Positions 40,961 through 51,635 of a DNA stretch of 64,000 bases are shown piece after piece. This DNA comes from Bryobacterales bacterium (GTDB taxonomy: Bacteria > Acidobacteriota > Terriglobia > Bryobacterales > UBA6623). Below the pieces are notes generated by a model, which saw nothing but the letters and a program-made list of their open reading frames with translations, was not told the origin of the DNA and ran no database searches. The translations under genes and the position numbers were made by a program. Every line of letters starts with the position of its first letter. Position 1 is the stretch's first letter. The stretch spans positions 9,624 through 73,623 of the forward strand of contig CBDDCL010000009.1 in assembly GCA_965226245.1 (NCBI GenBank), given 5' to 3'.

Positions 40961-41203
40961 ATGAGCATGGAAGCTGTGAGCGCTTTTCTAGGATGGTGCA
41001 CGATCATTAATGTAGGGATTCTCATCTGGTGGTTTCTGTTCGTCACTCTGGCGCACGATTTTACCTATCGCTGCCATCGAAAGCTCGTCAACATCTCGGT
41101 TGAGACGTTCGATGCGATCCATTACGGCGGCATGGCAGTCTTCAAGTTTGGCGTACTGTTGTTCAATCTGGTGCCGTATCTGGCCTTGAAGATCGTCGGC
41201 TGA
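40961..41203 (+). CDS. Small membrane protein (DUF6868-like)
   Basis: FLGWCTIIN.GIL..W, FDAIHY.GMA.FK....LFNLVPYLAL; GGAGG RBS. Confidence 0.75.
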   Translation: MSMEAVSAFLGWCTIINVGILIWWFLFVTLAHDFTYRCHRKLVNISVETFDAIHYGGMAVFKFGVLLFNLVPYLALKIVG

Positions 41204-41267
41204 GGCGGATTTGATTTATGTAGGGGCGGGACTACAATCCAGGGATCTGGCCACGGACGTTTCAGGG

Positions 41268-41836
41268 TTATCCACAGATCGCTGTGATTCGGGGCAGTTA
41301 TCCACGGGCAAACACCTATACTCCGCTTCGAGCAAACACCTATATTTTCTCCCAAAATCTTCGAGCAAACACCTATACACTCATGTAGTTAAAGAACAAG
41401 TAGTAAGAGCGACGAACCTGTGGATAAACTCGCTGAAGAAAAACGGCCCGAAAAGGCAAAATCAAAACCTTCCTTATAGGTAAAGAACTGAAGACAAAGG
41501 ACTTACACCATACCGCGGCGGAACGGGCAAGCGGACCGACAACAAAACCAGAATCAAAACCCCCGGATAGCCTACGCCGAGAGGCGAGTCAAGCCGCCGG
41601 CGCGGCTCCTACGCTACGCTACGGCCCTGCGGGTGACAGCGCCCCTCGGCTGCGGCTCAAGGCGGCTGGTATGACCGAAAGCTCCCTTTCGGCCCGTCCA
41701 CACGGCCCGAATCCCCCTTTTCCCTCATAAACAGCCATCCCTTCGGATCGGCCCGCAGCAGTCCAGGGCGCGAAGCGGCAAAGCGAACCCTTGACGGCGA
41801 GGACCGATCTGGAATCATCCAGGGCGAGGGAAAAGG
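41268..41836 (+). other. Plasmid origin module 2 without rep, followed by a hairpin promoter
   Basis: DnaA boxes at 41268, 41298 (1 mismatch), 41419; GCAAACACCTATA x3 (41308, 41332, 41365); backbone homologous to 18420-18735. Confidence 0.75.
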
Positions 41837-41949
41837 AGCTTCTTGCTGTGTCTATCAATAGATATATTTATATTTCTTTGTACTGCCACAGAGCTTCTTC
41901 GAGTCCAGCAAAGCGGCTCGCCTGTCAAGTGGCGAAGCCGTTGTACTCG

Positions 41950-43376
41950 ATGTTGGAGGACCGGCTGGAGCAGGTGCGGGAGATCGACGGAGAGCTGGCT
42001 TACGAGAAGATGAGGCGGGCAGTGGAGAAGGCCAGCCAAGAGAAGGCTAGGCAGGCTAGGCAAGTGGAGAGGGCTAGGCTAGTGTAGTGTCCATGAAATA
42101 AATGGACAGTTATTTCTTCTTCCGTTTTCTGGGCCGCGGGCTGCTGCAGCCGGGCTGAATCTGCTCCAAGGTGCGTCGGCAGCGCGAAAGTTTCTCCGTG
42201 ATCGACTCCACCGTCGCCGTCCAAACGAAGGGTTTCGGCTCCTGGTTCCAGACCCTCAGGAATTCCTCAATGCAGTCCTTGAGCTCCCCCACGCTGCCGA
42301 ATGCCCCGCGCCGGATCGCCTTCTGAGTCAGTTCGCCGAACCAACGCTCGACCAGGTTCAGCCAACTGGAACTGGTCGGCACAAAGTGCGTCTCAAAGCG
42401 CGGGTGGCGCTGCAACCAGCCCCGCACCTTCTCGTGTTTATGCGTCCCATAGTTGTCCAGGATTAAATGCAGCGGCACGTCGCCGGGGAACTCCTTGTCG
42501 AGCGTGCGCAAGAACTTCAGAAACTCCTGATGCCGGTGGCGCGGAAAGCATTGGCCAATCACTTTGCCCTGCAAGGTCTCCAGGGCGGCGAATAGTGTCG
42601 TCGTGCCGTTGCGCTTGTAGTCATGGGTCATGGTCCCGCAGCGCCCCTTCTTGAGCGGCAAGCCCGGCTGCGTCCGATCCAGAGCCTGAATCTGACATCT
42701 TCTCGTCCACGCACAACACGACCGCCTGTTGGGGCGGATTCAAGTACAGCCCGACCACGTCGGTCAATTTGTCCAGGAACTTCGGATCGCGCGACAGCTT
42801 AAAGGTCTTCACACGGTGGGGCTTGAGGTTGTGGGCTCGCCAGATGTTGTGGATGGTGGACTTGCTGACTCCCTGGTTTTTGGCCAGCGTGCGGCAACTC
42901 CAATGCGTCATTCCCTTGGGCTTGGTTTGCAGGGTGGCGTCCACAATGGCGCTGATCTTGTCGATGTCATAGGTGGGCTTGCGCCCGCGTCCGGGGGAAA
43001 TCTCCCACAGACCGTCGAGTCGCTGTTGGTCAAAGCGCTGACGCCACAGAATGACGGTTTTGCGGTTGACAGACAACTGCTTGGCGATGGCGACATCGGA
43101 GAGACCCTGGCTCGAAGCCAGCACGATTCGGCAGCGTAGCGCCACCTGCTGAGGGGTGCCATGGGCGCCGATCCATTGCCGCAGCAGCTGCTGCTCGGAG
43201 GGCGAAAGTTCGCAGGGGGAAGCCATACCCCAGGATGCGATAAACCAGGCGACTTGTCCAGTTATTTGTCGGACACTACACTAGAGTGGGATAGGCAAGA
43301 GACGGCAAGGCAAAGCAGGGACCGCCGTGGGCCGGAACGCAGGGGGCCGGAACGGGACTTTGGCCCCAGCCGCTAG
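41950..43376 (+). pseudogene. 74-aa ORF ending RDFGPSR, interrupted by IS630
   Basis: Removing the IS and one TA restores MLEDRLEQV...RARL/EWDRQETARQ...RDFGPSR* in frame. Confidence 0.65.
42082..43281 (-). mobile_element. IS630-family element (1200 bp) with frameshifted transposase
   Basis: IRs GTGTAGTGTCC...AAATAA, TA duplication, HTH + DDE (DEK, DNY, SSWLN.VERWF); frameshift at VDEK near 42697. Confidence 0.92.
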
Positions 43377-43828
43377 GTTTCTCTCGGTGGTTTTGTCCTA
43401 GGGGGGCGGGCGTGGGAGAATGTTGGATGTGTCCGAGGAGCCGGAACCAATGTCAAAACAGGAAGAGACCCAAAACGGCGTGAGGGATGCCAACCGCGCG
43501 ATTCGCCGTGTTCTCGCTGATGAAGTTCCCTCGATTGATTGTTCCTTTGGAGATGATGACCCGCCTGCGAGGGTTCGTGGCATCATCACCGCTGCCTTGC
43601 CGCCCAGCAGTGGCGGAGCCGCTAAGCGAGTTATGAAACGCCTTGGCATCAAAGCAACGGACGGACTGCCAATGTCACCCTACGACTGCGCCTACAACAC
43701 TCAGATAATTGGCGTGGGAGGAGCGTTCGTTGGGTCTGACAGGCAAGAGACGGCAAGGCAAAGCAGGGACCGCCGTGGGCCGGAACGCGGGGGGCCGCAG
43801 CGGGACTTTGGCCCCAGCCGCTAGGTTT
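43293..43828 (+). repeat. 88-bp direct repeats (43293-43380, 43741-43828) encoding a shared C-terminal tail
   Basis: AGGCAAGAGACGGCAAGG...GACTTTGGCCCCAGCCGCTAGGTTT with few mismatches. Confidence 0.92.
43450..43824 (+). CDS. Hypothetical protein (124 aa) with RDFGPSR tail
   Basis: GAGGAG RBS; TTGTCC-N17-GAGAAT promoter-like motif at 43393-43421. Confidence 0.65.
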   Translation: MSKQEETQNGVRDANRAIRRVLADEVPSIDCSFGDDDPPARVRGIITAALPPSSGGAAKRVMKRLGIKATDGLPMSPYDCAYNTQIIGVGGAFVGSDRQETARQSRDRRGPERGGPQRDFGPSR

Positions 43829-43912
43829 GGTCTTGCTCAGGGGGCGTGGGAGAATGGGCAGAACGGATTGGGAGGAAAGGGAGCGACGAAACCATGGAAG
43901 ATGGAGGGCGGG

Positions 43913-44197
43913 ATGGACGTGCAAGAAGCCGTACAAATGGCGAAAGAATACATAAACAAAATTTTTGAGACTGAAAACATCCAGTGGGTAGGTCTCGAAG
44001 AGATTGTATTTGATGACGCGAGCGATAGCTGGAAAGTGACCATTGGCTTCTCTCGGGCATGGGGCCTCGTGCCCACCGTGTCGGCAGCCGTCGGAGACAG
44101 GAGCGCGCGAGTATTCAAGGTTGTTCAAATTGATGACCATACAGGTCGTATCGTATCCCTGACCGATCGCGCTCTGCTCAACGCGAATTTGAGATGA
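43913..44197 (+). CDS. Small hypothetical protein, putative partner of the PIN protein
   Basis: GGAGG RBS; MDV.EAV..AK.Y, GLEE..FD, W.VTIGFSR; stop overlaps PIN start. Confidence 0.75.
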   Translation: MDVQEAVQMAKEYINKIFETENIQWVGLEEIVFDDASDSWKVTIGFSRAWGLVPTVSAAVGDRSARVFKVVQIDDHTGRIVSLTDRALLNANLR

Positions 44198-44646
44198 TGC
44201 GCCGGACGGGAACGTTCATCGATGCGAATCTACTTGTGGTGCTTGTCGTTGGATTAGTAGATCGAAAGTTGGTTGGTAAACGTCGCCGAACGAGGACCTT
44301 TACGCCGGAAAATTACGACCGTCTTCTCGTGGAGATCGGGGATCTCCCAATATTTGTTACGCCGAATACACTTACCGAAGCGTCCAATCTGCTTGAGGAC
44401 CCCAAAGACACTCGATTTCTTGACCAGCTCCGGGTCCTCATCGAAATAAGCAAGGAGATTGTCGTCGACAGTTCCACCGCCGCGCAGAACAGCGATTTCA
44501 CACGGCTTGGACTAGCCGACACCGCGCTTCTGGAGGTCATCTCGGCGGAACGGCCACTGTTCACCGTGGATTCCGCGCTTTACAGAGCTGCTCTGTCAAA
44601 GGGAGAGGCGAGCGCGGTCAACTTCACGTATCTCCAGAACTTGTAG
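44194..44646 (+). CDS. PIN-domain protein
   Basis: IDANLLV, TPN.LTEASNL, RLGLADT, T.D..LY. Confidence 0.8.
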   Translation: MMRRTGTFIDANLLVVLVVGLVDRKLVGKRRRTRTFTPENYDRLLVEIGDLPIFVTPNTLTEASNLLEDPKDTRFLDQLRVLIEISKEIVVDSSTAAQNSDFTRLGLADTALLEVISAERPLFTVDSALYRAALSKGEASAVNFTYLQNL

Positions 44647-44659
44647 CCGGTCGACGAAA

Positions 44660-44755
44660 AGGCAACTCTCTGTACTACAGCGACAACCTGGACATTCTCC
44701 AACGTTACATTCAGGACGAGAATGTTGACCTGGTCTTCAAGAGCAACCACCTACA
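44660..44755 (+). pseudogene. N4/N6 DNA methyltransferase N-terminal remnant
   Basis: LYYSDNLDILQRYIQDENVDLV-FKSN with the DPP motif missing; interrupted by IS1380. Confidence 0.55.
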
Positions 44756-46556
44756 CCTGAATTATGCACTGCGGGGTGCACCGGAGGAGGGCTGAGCCGC
44801 CAGGGGCCATTTGGGGGACCCCCGAAAACATGGGGTAATAAGGTAGGCTGGCAAAGATTTCAGCTTCGCCAGTCAACCCCAAGGAGGTCACCCAAATGGT
44901 TACCAAGCGAAAACAGCATAGCTCCCGAAGGCCCGTCAAACAAGGCCGGGGCGCGAGGGCCCCGCGGCCCAATAAAATCGGGGCTGCCACGCCTTATCAC
45001 TTCCGCGGCAAGAATCTGACTCCCTACGGCGGCTTGCTGCCCGTCGCCACCCTGCTCGAAAAACTCGGCTTCCAGGCGCTGCTGGAAGAAACCATCACGA
45101 ACAAACGAATCACCCGTGTGATGAGCCTCTACCAGTTTGTGCTGGCCCTCGTGCTGGGCCTCTATGTCGGCTTTGCGCGGCTGAACCAACTCCGCTTCAT
45201 CGCCCGCGACCCCATCTTGACCGGCATCTTGCAAGTGACGCGTCTGCCGCCGCAGTCCACGCTGTGGCGCTTTCTGGCCTCGCTGCACCTCAACGTGGCG
45301 AAGCAGATCCTTTCCATTCAGCGCCAGCTGCGGGAACGAGTCTGGGCCGCGGCCCAGGTGAAATTGGAGACGGTGACGCTGGACACCGACACCACCGTGC
45401 ACACGCTCTACGGCCGCCAGATGGGCGGGCGCAAGAGTTACAACCCCAAGAACAAGGGCAAGCGCAGCTACCAGCCGATACTGACTTTCCTGGCCGAGAC
45501 GCGCGAATACCTGATGGGCGGGTTGCGCAACGGCGACCGGCCCACGGGCCGGCAGATCGCCGCCCACCTCGAGAGCGCCTTTCGGGCTTTGCCGCACGGC
45601 GTGAAGAAAATCCTGGCGCGGGCCGATTCCGGGTTTTATTGCTGGGAGGCGGTGGAGGCCTATGAAAAGGCGGCTTGTCAGTTCGTCATCGTGGCGCGCA
45701 AGACCAGGCGGCTGGTCGAGCAGTTGCAGCAAGCGGCCTGGAAGCCCTCGCCCCACAGCGATGCGGATGCGGAATGCGAATTCCTCTACCAGCCGCAGGG
45801 CTGGGCGCGGGCCTGTCGTTTCCTGGCGCTGCGTTACGAAAACGAACCCGCGGCCGGCGCGGCCGAGCAATACCAGCTGTTTGCCACCAGCGCTTACACC
45901 TACCGCGTGTTTGTCACCAACCTGGCCGAACCGATCGCGGCGGTGGTGTGGTTTTACAATCAGCGCGCCGCAGCCGAGAACCTCATCAAGGAGGCCAACA
46001 ACGACGCCGGGCTGGCGGCCCATCCCTCGCGCCGCTTTGACATGAACCGCAATCACTTTCAGCTGGCCATGCTGGCCTACAACCTCAACTGCTGGCTGCT
46101 GCTGTTCAACCGCGAAGCCCAAGCCAGCGTGGAGACACTGCGGCACACCACCCTGGCGACGGCGCGGCTACGCTTTCTGTTCGTGGCGGCCAAGATCTGG
46201 CGGCACGCCGGCAGAACGGGTGTCAGCTACAGCGATCATTATGAGGAAAAGGGCCTGTTTGAACGGCTGATGCGGCGGCTGCGGGCGATGGGGCAACCGG
46301 GATCGAGCTTCGCGCCGGTGGTGGAGGGTGCGCTGAGTTGAGGGGCGCTCCATGCATAAAATTTCATGCACTCGCCGCAACGTACTGGGAACACGCCGCT
46401 TGCCCGCCCGCTTTTGCCCGCCGGGATTGGCAGGCGGCTCAAACAGGGAGGGAAACAGAGGAAAAGACGACTTGCTAAATCACTGAGTTGACACGACTGC
46501 CGCTACCGCCACAACTCCATCGGCGATGGCTACGCCGAATCTGTGCATAATTCAGG
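44756..46556 (+). mobile_element. IS1380-family insertion sequence (1801 bp)
   Basis: IRs CCTGAATTATGCAC; 4-bp TSD TACA; isoform of 16407-18206. Confidence 0.93.
44896..46341 (+). CDS. IS1380-family DDE transposase
   Basis: 481 aa, near-identical to 16623-18068. Confidence 0.93.
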   Translation: MVTKRKQHSSRRPVKQGRGARAPRPNKIGAATPYHFRGKNLTPYGGLLPVATLLEKLGFQALLEETITNKRITRVMSLYQFVLALVLGLYVGFARLNQLRFIARDPILTGILQVTRLPPQSTLWRFLASLHLNVAKQILSIQRQLRERVWAAAQVKLETVTLDTDTTVHTLYGRQMGGRKSYNPKNKGKRSYQPILTFLAETREYLMGGLRNGDRPTGRQIAAHLESAFRALPHGVKKILARADSGFYCWEAVEAYEKAACQFVIVARKTRRLVEQLQQAAWKPSPHSDADAECEFLYQPQGWARACRFLALRYENEPAAGAAEQYQLFATSAYTYRVFVTNLAEPIAAVVWFYNQRAAAENLIKEANNDAGLAAHPSRRFDMNRNHFQLAMLAYNLNCWLLLFNREAQASVETLRHTTLATARLRFLFVAAKIWRHAGRTGVSYSDHYEEKGLFERLMRRLRAMGQPGSSFAPVVEGALS

Positions 46557-46997
46557 TACAAGCAATCTCATTGATGCCGAAGGTCGAATGAGAAGGCTAT
46601 ACCAGCCTCAACGAAACGTTCCAACCACGTCTTCCTTTGGGCATCGGTAAACCTTGGCCGACAAGGCAGGATTTAGACCTTTGGGAAGGCGCCGGTGAGC
46701 AGCCTTGGTCGCGGTCGGCCCAGCAGCGAATTAATCCAGTTTCGCTCGAAATCAGTCGATGAGCACGGCCAGGCGCTATTGTAGTGCGCCAATAGTACCG
46801 CAACGTATAGATCTTGGTTGGGGAAGAGGGAAGCCCGTTGAAACGGGCTGACAACCTTCAGCGGCACGGTTTACCAGTCGTAAAACGACTGGCCTGGAAA
46901 CACCAAGCCGCGTGAACGCGGCTCAAATGGTCCGTATCACGCCGCTAACAGGCACGGAAGCGATTCACCATACGTTACGGTCTGATTGGCGCGCTAC

Positions 46998-47386
46998 ACT
47001 AGGATACCAAGGCGACCTGGGCTACTCATCGGTATGCGGCAACCTGTGGGGCAAGCTCTACCACGAGCACGGTCGCGGTAAGCTGGATTGGAAAGACCAC
47101 CGCACCGAGGCAGTGTAGCCGGAGGAGTGGAACCGCTACAAAGATCCTCGCCGTCGGTGACCGCATCTGGACAGCGGTCAACGGCACGCTCTGCACCGCG
47201 ATAAAGGATCCCGGGGGAGAACGCGCTGGCAAGATCGCTTTTCAGATCCACAGCGGCCCGCCCGAGACGGTTCGCTACCGCAATCCGACCCTGACCCGTC
47301 AGCCGAAGCTTACGCTGGCTGACTTGAACGAGCAGGAATTGAATTCACGTTTGACCGAACCTCTTGACCAAAAAAATAAGCATGCA
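46998..47386 (+). pseudogene. DUF1080 (3-keto-disaccharide hydrolase-like) C-terminal remnant
   Basis: GYQ.D.G..WG.LY.EHGRG, WN.Y.I.A.G, G.IA.Q.HSG; internal stop. Confidence 0.65.
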
Positions 47387-48943
47387 ATGCGACGACTAGC
47401 CGGCCTCATCCTTCTCTCTTGTATTTGTGTCGCGCGGGCATCGGCCCAAAGTGAAGATGACTGGCCGACATTCGGTCATGACCCGCAACGCAGCGGTTGG
47501 GCCAAGGGCGAACGCTCGCTCAGTCCGGGAAGTGTCTCGAAGCTCGAGTTGAAGTGGAAGACCAACGTCGAGAACAAAGGCCGACTGCTCTTTTCGCTTA
47601 CCGCGCCCATCGTGGCTCTCAATGTGCCGACGGCCAACGGTGTTGCTGATGTCGCCTATACCGCCGGAACCGAGGGCGGCGTTTTCGCGATCGATTCGAA
47701 GACAGGCAAAATTCTCTGGGAGTGGAAACCCCGCACGTACGTCAACCCCAGCGAACTCGGTCTGCAAGGCAGCCTCTACTGCCCGAACACCGTCAGCGCC
47801 ACGCCGACCTTCGACCGCCGCACGAACATCCTCTACACCATCGCCATCGACGGCGCGCTCTACGGGCTCGACATGGGCAGCGGCGAGGTCCGCTTCGGGC
47901 CCGTCCAATTCGTTGCGGCCTACTCGAAAGGCTGGAGCCTCAACCTCGTCGGAGACACCATCTACACAACGCTCGCGCAAGGCTGTGGTGGCGCGTTGTC
48001 GGGCATCTATTCGATGGACATCAGCGACCGCCATCACCCCGTCGTGCGCCAGCTTCTGCTCGGCAATACCACCACCGGCGGCATCTGGGGACGCGGCGGT
48101 CCTATTATCGGCGAAGACGGCCGCGTCTACGGCTCGACGGCCGACGGGCCCTTCGACCCGGCGGCGGGAGACTATTCAAACGCCGTCGTCGCGGCTTCGC
48201 TCGACACGCTTGATCTGGTTGATTACTTCGTGCCCAACAATTGGTTCGAGCTTTGGCGCGAGGACCTTGACTACGGCGGGGCAAGCCCGGCCTGGTTCGG
48301 TTGGCGAGACTACAACGTGCTCGCCAGCGGCGCGAAGGAGGGTGTCCTTTATTTACATGACGCCTCTTCGTTGGGCGGCAAAGATCATCAGACGCCTTTG
48401 ATGGACGGCATTCGCCTCGGCAACGACGAAAAAGCGTCTACCTCGCGCGGCATTTGGGGCGGGATCTCGACTTGGCGTGCCGACGACGGCGAAAGGTGGA
48501 TCTACGTCCCTGTGTACGGTCCGGTGTCGAAGGCAGCGCCGAAGTTCCCCGTCACGCACGGCGAGGTCACCGACGGCAGCGTGATGGCGTTCAAGATCGT
48601 TGCTGATGGCGCAACCGGAAAGCCCGTCGCCGAAGCCGCCTGGGTCTCGGAAAACTACCGGGTGCCCGATCCGGTTGCCATCGCTAATGGACTGGTGTTT
48701 GTTCTGGAGACAGGCGAAAATCCCGACCAGAGCGGTCAGGCACGGACGAAGGCCGCCGGAGCGCGTCTGACCCAAACGAACAACGCGGTGCTGCACGCGC
48801 TCGATGCCCGCACCGGAAAGCCCCTCTACAACAGCGGCGACGCCATGAGCACCTTCGTGCACTTCAGCGGGTTGGCGATTGCAGGCAGCCGGATCTACAC
48901 GGTGGATTATGATTCCAACGTGTATTGTTTCGGTTTGAGGTAA
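47387..48943 (+). CDS. Secreted PQQ-binding-like beta-propeller protein
   Basis: Signal peptide, WPTFGHDPQRSGW, LKWK, A.D..TGK..W repeats. Confidence 0.85.
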   Translation: MRRLAGLILLSCICVARASAQSEDDWPTFGHDPQRSGWAKGERSLSPGSVSKLELKWKTNVENKGRLLFSLTAPIVALNVPTANGVADVAYTAGTEGGVFAIDSKTGKILWEWKPRTYVNPSELGLQGSLYCPNTVSATPTFDRRTNILYTIAIDGALYGLDMGSGEVRFGPVQFVAAYSKGWSLNLVGDTIYTTLAQGCGGALSGIYSMDISDRHHPVVRQLLLGNTTTGGIWGRGGPIIGEDGRVYGSTADGPFDPAAGDYSNAVVAASLDTLDLVDYFVPNNWFELWREDLDYGGASPAWFGWRDYNVLASGAKEGVLYLHDASSLGGKDHQTPLMDGIRLGNDEKASTSRGIWGGISTWRADDGERWIYVPVYGPVSKAAPKFPVTHGEVTDGSVMAFKIVADGATGKPVAEAAWVSENYRVPDPVAIANGLVFVLETGENPDQSGQARTKAAGARLTQTNNAVLHALDARTGKPLYNSGDAMSTFVHFSGLAIAGSRIYTVDYDSNVYCFGLR

Positions 48944-48979
48944 AGGTCGACAGGAGATATGAAAGATCCGGGGTGTATA

Positions 48980-50770
48980 ATGTCCACGCCTATGGCCAAT
49001 CCCGTACCATCGCGACGAAACTTCCTTGGTCAGGTTGGCGCTACGTCGCTCTTGCTTTCGGCTTGTTCGCAAAATGCGCCCGCCTCTCAAAAGCCGAACA
49101 TCGTCCTCGTCATCACCGATGACCAAGGCTACGGCGATCTTGGCTGCCACGGCAACCCGGTCATCAACACGCCCAACATGGACCAGTTCCACGCCGAGAG
49201 CGTGCGCTTCACCGACTTCCATGTCGACCCGCTCTGCGCGCCCACCCGCGCGGGGCTGCTGACCGGACGCTATGCCTACCGCTGCGGCGTTACAGCCGCC
49301 TTTGCCGGACGCTCAATCCTCCGGCCTGAAGAGAGGACCCTAGCCGAGATCCTGAAACAGAACGGTTATGCGACTGGCCTGTTCGGCAAGTGGCACCTTG
49401 GCGACAACTTCCCCTTCCGACCCAATGAGCGCGGGTTCGACGAAACCGTCGTCTGCTGGAGCGGCGGTGCCACCCAAGCCGCCGATGCTTGGGGCAACGA
49501 CTACTTCGACGATCGGTATTCTCACAACAACGTCGTCGAGCAATACCAGGGCTACTGCACCGACGTGTTCTTCCGGGAAGGCCTCGAGTGGATCGAGAAA
49601 CACCGCGACTCGCCGTTCTTCGCCTACTTCCCGCTCAACGCCCCCCACGCGCCGTACTTTGTCGACGAGCGCTACAGCAGGCCCTACCTCGAAAGAGGCG
49701 TCCCCGAGAGGATGGCCGCCTTCTACGGGATGATCGAGAACATCGACGAGAACCTCGGCGCCTTCCGCTCGAGGCTCGACGAGTTGGACCTCACCGACAA
49801 CACTATCTTCATCTTCATGACCGACAACGGCACCGCCGCGGGCCTCTCCGACGCAGGGGAATGGAAGGGGCACCCGGCGGGGATGCGCGCCAGAAAAGGT
49901 TCGAAATACGACGGCGGTCATCGTGTCCCGTTCTTCATACAATGGCCGGCCGGCGGCATCGGCGGTGGCCTTGACATAGAGCGTTTGACCACCAACATCG
50001 ACGTCACGCCGACGCTGATCGAGCTCGCCGGGCTCAAGTTGCCTAAGCCGATCGAGTTTGACGGTCGCAGCCTCGTGCCTCTGCTGCGCAACGAGCACGG
50101 ATGGGCGGACGGCCGCATCCATTTCACGCAGCATTCGCAGTTCACCTATGAGGGCGTGCGGCAGATGGACAAGCCCAAGCCGTTCCTCAATAGTTGCGTG
50201 CTCGATGAACAGTGGCGACTCGTCGACGGCAAGGAGCTCTACGACATCAAGACCGACCTGGGGCAAGCAAACGACGTCTCTGCCGAACACCCGGAAGAAG
50301 TGGAGCGCTTGCGAAGGGCGTACGATGCCTGGTGGAGAGAAGTTTCCGAACCTGCGACCGAGTACGTCGAGATCCCGATCGGCGCGGACGGCGGGAACCC
50401 ATCTCGACTGACCAGCTTCGACTGGCGCCCCAAGGGCGGGCCGCCGAACCAGGCCGTGATGCAGAACCCTGAAGAGGTGCGCAACTACGAGGGCGACAGC
50501 TTTTGGGCGGTGAACGTGGCGAAGTCCGGCAAGTACTCCTTCACTTTGATGGAGCGGCCTCCCGAAGCCGAGTACGCCATCGAGGGGGCCGAGGCGCGGC
50601 TGAAGATCGGCCCGTTCGAGGGACGACAGTCGATTCCGGACGGGGCGCGTTCTGTGCGGTTCGAAGCGGAGCTTGAAGAGGGCTCAGCGAAGCTTTGGAC
50701 CTGGTTCGACCGGGCTGACGGTTCGACGCGCGGAGCATACTACTGCGACGTCGAACGACTTCCCGGGTAG
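48980..50770 (+). CDS. Arylsulfatase (formylglycine-dependent) with Tat/lipoprotein signal
   Basis: RRNFL, PNIVLVITDDQGYGD, CAPTRAGLLTG, GKWHLG. Confidence 0.92.
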   Translation: MSTPMANPVPSRRNFLGQVGATSLLLSACSQNAPASQKPNIVLVITDDQGYGDLGCHGNPVINTPNMDQFHAESVRFTDFHVDPLCAPTRAGLLTGRYAYRCGVTAAFAGRSILRPEERTLAEILKQNGYATGLFGKWHLGDNFPFRPNERGFDETVVCWSGGATQAADAWGNDYFDDRYSHNNVVEQYQGYCTDVFFREGLEWIEKHRDSPFFAYFPLNAPHAPYFVDERYSRPYLERGVPERMAAFYGMIENIDENLGAFRSRLDELDLTDNTIFIFMTDNGTAAGLSDAGEWKGHPAGMRARKGSKYDGGHRVPFFIQWPAGGIGGGLDIERLTTNIDVTPTLIELAGLKLPKPIEFDGRSLVPLLRNEHGWADGRIHFTQHSQFTYEGVRQMDKPKPFLNSCVLDEQWRLVDGKELYDIKTDLGQANDVSAEHPEEVERLRRAYDAWWREVSEPATEYVEIPIGADGGNPSRLTSFDWRPKGGPPNQAVMQNPEEVRNYEGDSFWAVNVAKSGKYSFTLMERPPEAEYAIEGAEARLKIGPFEGRQSIPDGARSVRFEAELEEGSAKLWTWFDRADGSTRGAYYCDVERLPG

Positions 50771-50794
50771 GGGTGAGGCATGCCTCACCCCTAC
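50767..50794. repeat. 28-bp perfect palindrome, GTAG-family REP-like
   Basis: GTAGGGGTGAGGCATGCCTCACCCCTAC overlapping the sulfatase stop. Confidence 0.7.
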
Positions 50795-51635
50795 GCCTTT
50801 AACAGCAACCTTCCGACCATCTGCTCTCAAAGGGTCATCTTGATGCAGTGTTCGAGGCCATGGATCTCGGCGAGATTGCAGTGAGCTATCGCACCCATCT
50901 GCCGGGACCTCCCGGTCTCAATCAACAATGGGAAGAGCGGTTTAGGGAGAAGACGAGTGTCCCGTCAGGTTCGATACGGACGTTACAACCAGGGCGATAA
51001 GCGACTACGGTTAGTCGAGACGACCCGTTACTCAGTTAAGCCGGGCTCGGCCTCAGCACGCAGCACCCCACCGCTGCTCGGGACATCCAATCTTTGACTA
51101 ACCGACTCTGTCCTGCGGGAGCCCCAAAACATTCATACGATTCTAGAGGGAATGACAGGACTGAGCACCCTCGCCCAAGTACACTTGGTTTTCCTCCACG
51201 CTCGACTGTTGGAATTATCGAGTATCGTCAATCGATCAGTGCCGGGGGGGCTCGCACCGGGCTGCTAGATCCTGAGTAACGTTAGGACCTTATCTGGAGG
51301 AACCCGGCGGGACAAGCTGCGAGCAAGGTCGACGATCGTGATCGCCGGGTTGCTTTGGATAAGGGCGTTTGAAGGAAGCCGCTGGGGCGGCGGACGCGTT
51401 CAGTCTGCGTCCAAGCTATGGGATTTGAATCGAGTTTCTTGGCCTCGGGGCAGGCGTTTGGAGTTGGCAAGACCGACGGACGAGCTGGAACGCCGCGTTG
51501 CTGGCGGTGGCCGAGGCTCGCAAGAGTGCTGTTTGGCGGAGATTCCGGCAGGTTCGGCGCTCGGATCCGAGTGGCAGACGCACTCCCGGCGCGCGCGTCG
51601 AAGGACACGCTGGCGTGACCGGCAGTTGGGTGGAG

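Noticed and set aside
46874-46892. GTCGTAAAACGACTGGCC resembling the M13/lacZ-alpha primer site (vector contamination)
   Set aside because: Match is partial, flanks are not lacZ, and the sequence is a simple CCAGTCGT/ACGACTGG hairpin
51090-51290. Possible integron attC site near the IS91 end (GACTAAC...GTTAGGA)
   Set aside because: Core sites are poorly complementary and too far apart; no intI or cassette array in the window
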